Assembly (NCBI GenBank): GCA_047967505.1
Contig: CM106538.1
Length of the DNA stretch: 64,000 nt
Origin: Dipteris shenzhenensis
Taxonomy: Eukaryota
Reading direction: 5' to 3' (one strand)
A program made the position numbers and the translations under genes. Under the pieces are notes generated by a model. That model saw nothing but the letters and a program-made list of their open reading frames with translations. It was not told the origin of the DNA and did no database searches. Of the stretch, positions 62,870 through 64,000 are shown in pieces; within the stretch, counting starts at the first letter, position 1, and each line of letters starts with the position of its first letter.

Positions 62870-63714
62870 TGTCATGGGCTGGACAGCATACATCTCGCAT
62901 AGACTTCATATCGAGAGTGGTAGAGCAGAGCGCCTACCCAGGGAGAGGTGCATATGCACATTATGTGACATGCAGGAGGTTGAGACAGAGGAGCACTTCA
63001 TCTTCAGGTGTCCTGTTTACTATGAGATCCAAGGGCGTTTCTACTGCCTCTTCAGAGATAGCTATGGGGTTTTGGCCCGATTCCTCTCCTACCCAGACCA
63101 AAGGTGTTTGGCAGGCTTTGTTCATGAGGTACTCAGGCACCGCAAGAGGATACTTCGAGCATGGAGATAGGAGCAGACTTCTTCCTTGGCTGATCCCTAT
63201 CGGAGCTTTATCATGGAGTTTTTTCAGCCAGATCACATGGACCCCCATGAGACGAGGCCTAGACATGACCTGACCCAGAGCCAGTGACCCGACAGCTCAG
63301 ACAGAGGGTTGACAGGCAGATTACACTTGGGGATATCCCCTCCGTATTTAGAGTATGAGTCCGACCGACAGGGGTTACTGTAGCCCTTGTTAGGCGTAGA
63401 GCTATGACCAAGATACGTGCCAGGGCCGCACCCGTGAGTGGCCGACAGCACTCTATCGCCGATTTCATGCCTCCATTGCCTCATCCACCCTGATGTCCTG
63501 GTGATGATGATGATGAGATTGATATATAGTCGATCACTCACATGACTATGTTGTACTTAGTACTTAGTACTACCATTCTGCATTTTCTGCATTTTGCATT
63601 GGTGTGGATGCTCGTTTAGAAGCTCCACCACCACAGCTCGTTTGTACTAGGAATTTCACAGTCTCATAGACCCATCGGTCTTCCGAAGACTTTAATAAAC
63701 TTTCTTTCTTGCTT

Positions 63715-63748
<34 letters not shown>
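62870..63748 (+). mobile_element. 5'-truncated RTEX/CR1-like LINE 3' end with (CT)n tail
   Basis: SHRLHIESGR...CTLC...VETEEHFIFRCPVYYEIQGRF, stem-loop at 63661-63690, (CT)n tail. Confidence 0.85.
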
Positions 63749-63753
<5 letters not shown>

Positions 63754-64000
63754 CTCTCCGCAAACCCACAACTGTGGCCCTCACTCAACCTCACATGGGC
63801 AGGCAGACCCACAACCAAGGCCCTTGCTCTATGATACATGAGAGGACCTATAACAACCCCCCCCTCTCCCCCCCCCCCCGCCTCCCCACCTTACCTCAAA
63901 AATGAAATGTGAAGCTGAGAGTAGATTCAAAAGGAGGCTTGTGAGGGGTGTCAATATGCTAGGAGAGCAAAAGAAAGACAAATCAAAAGTGGAAGGTGCA

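Larger units (their letters stand above)
24619..64000 (+). other. Putative intron 1 of FGT1 (>39 kb, TE-filled, extends past window)
   Basis: Canonical donor. The expected next peptide (about V/EAIEVEREEDEGG.GETF) is not seen in the ORF track or in the non-TE gaps I read. Confidence 0.65.

Noticed and set aside
63840-64000. Possible PPT/LTR junction of another element at the window end
   Set aside because: Only a C-run is visible; no LTR partner or coding evidence within the window.

Overview
Plant nuclear DNA that is almost all transposable elements. A large-genome land plant such as a fern is my inference from the TE mix and gene structure, not something shown. The only host gene is the first coding exon of a FORGETTER1/Strawberry-notch homologue (24157-24618, +). 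It is followed by an intron of at least 39 kb that runs off the window, and I found no exon 2. Upstream lie a young Ty1/copia inserted antisense into an older copy of its own family, a transposase fragment, a decayed near-full-length L1-type LINE carrying a 1000-bp MITE-like insert, and AT/pyrimidine-rich DNA. The intron holds a solo LTR, a chromodomain gypsy remnant, many fragments of an RTEX/CR1-like LINE, and a four-level nest resolvable by target-site duplications (copia > L1 > copia > small inserts), including a near-intact young copia. The most unusual signals are a 686-bp non-coding insert with 130-bp direct repeats and an 11-bp TSD, a covarying 3' stem-loop shared by six LINE tails, an L1 with a foreign 5' end, and a stem enclosing the PPT in two copia families. 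All alignments were done by eye, so boundaries of decayed elements are approximate.
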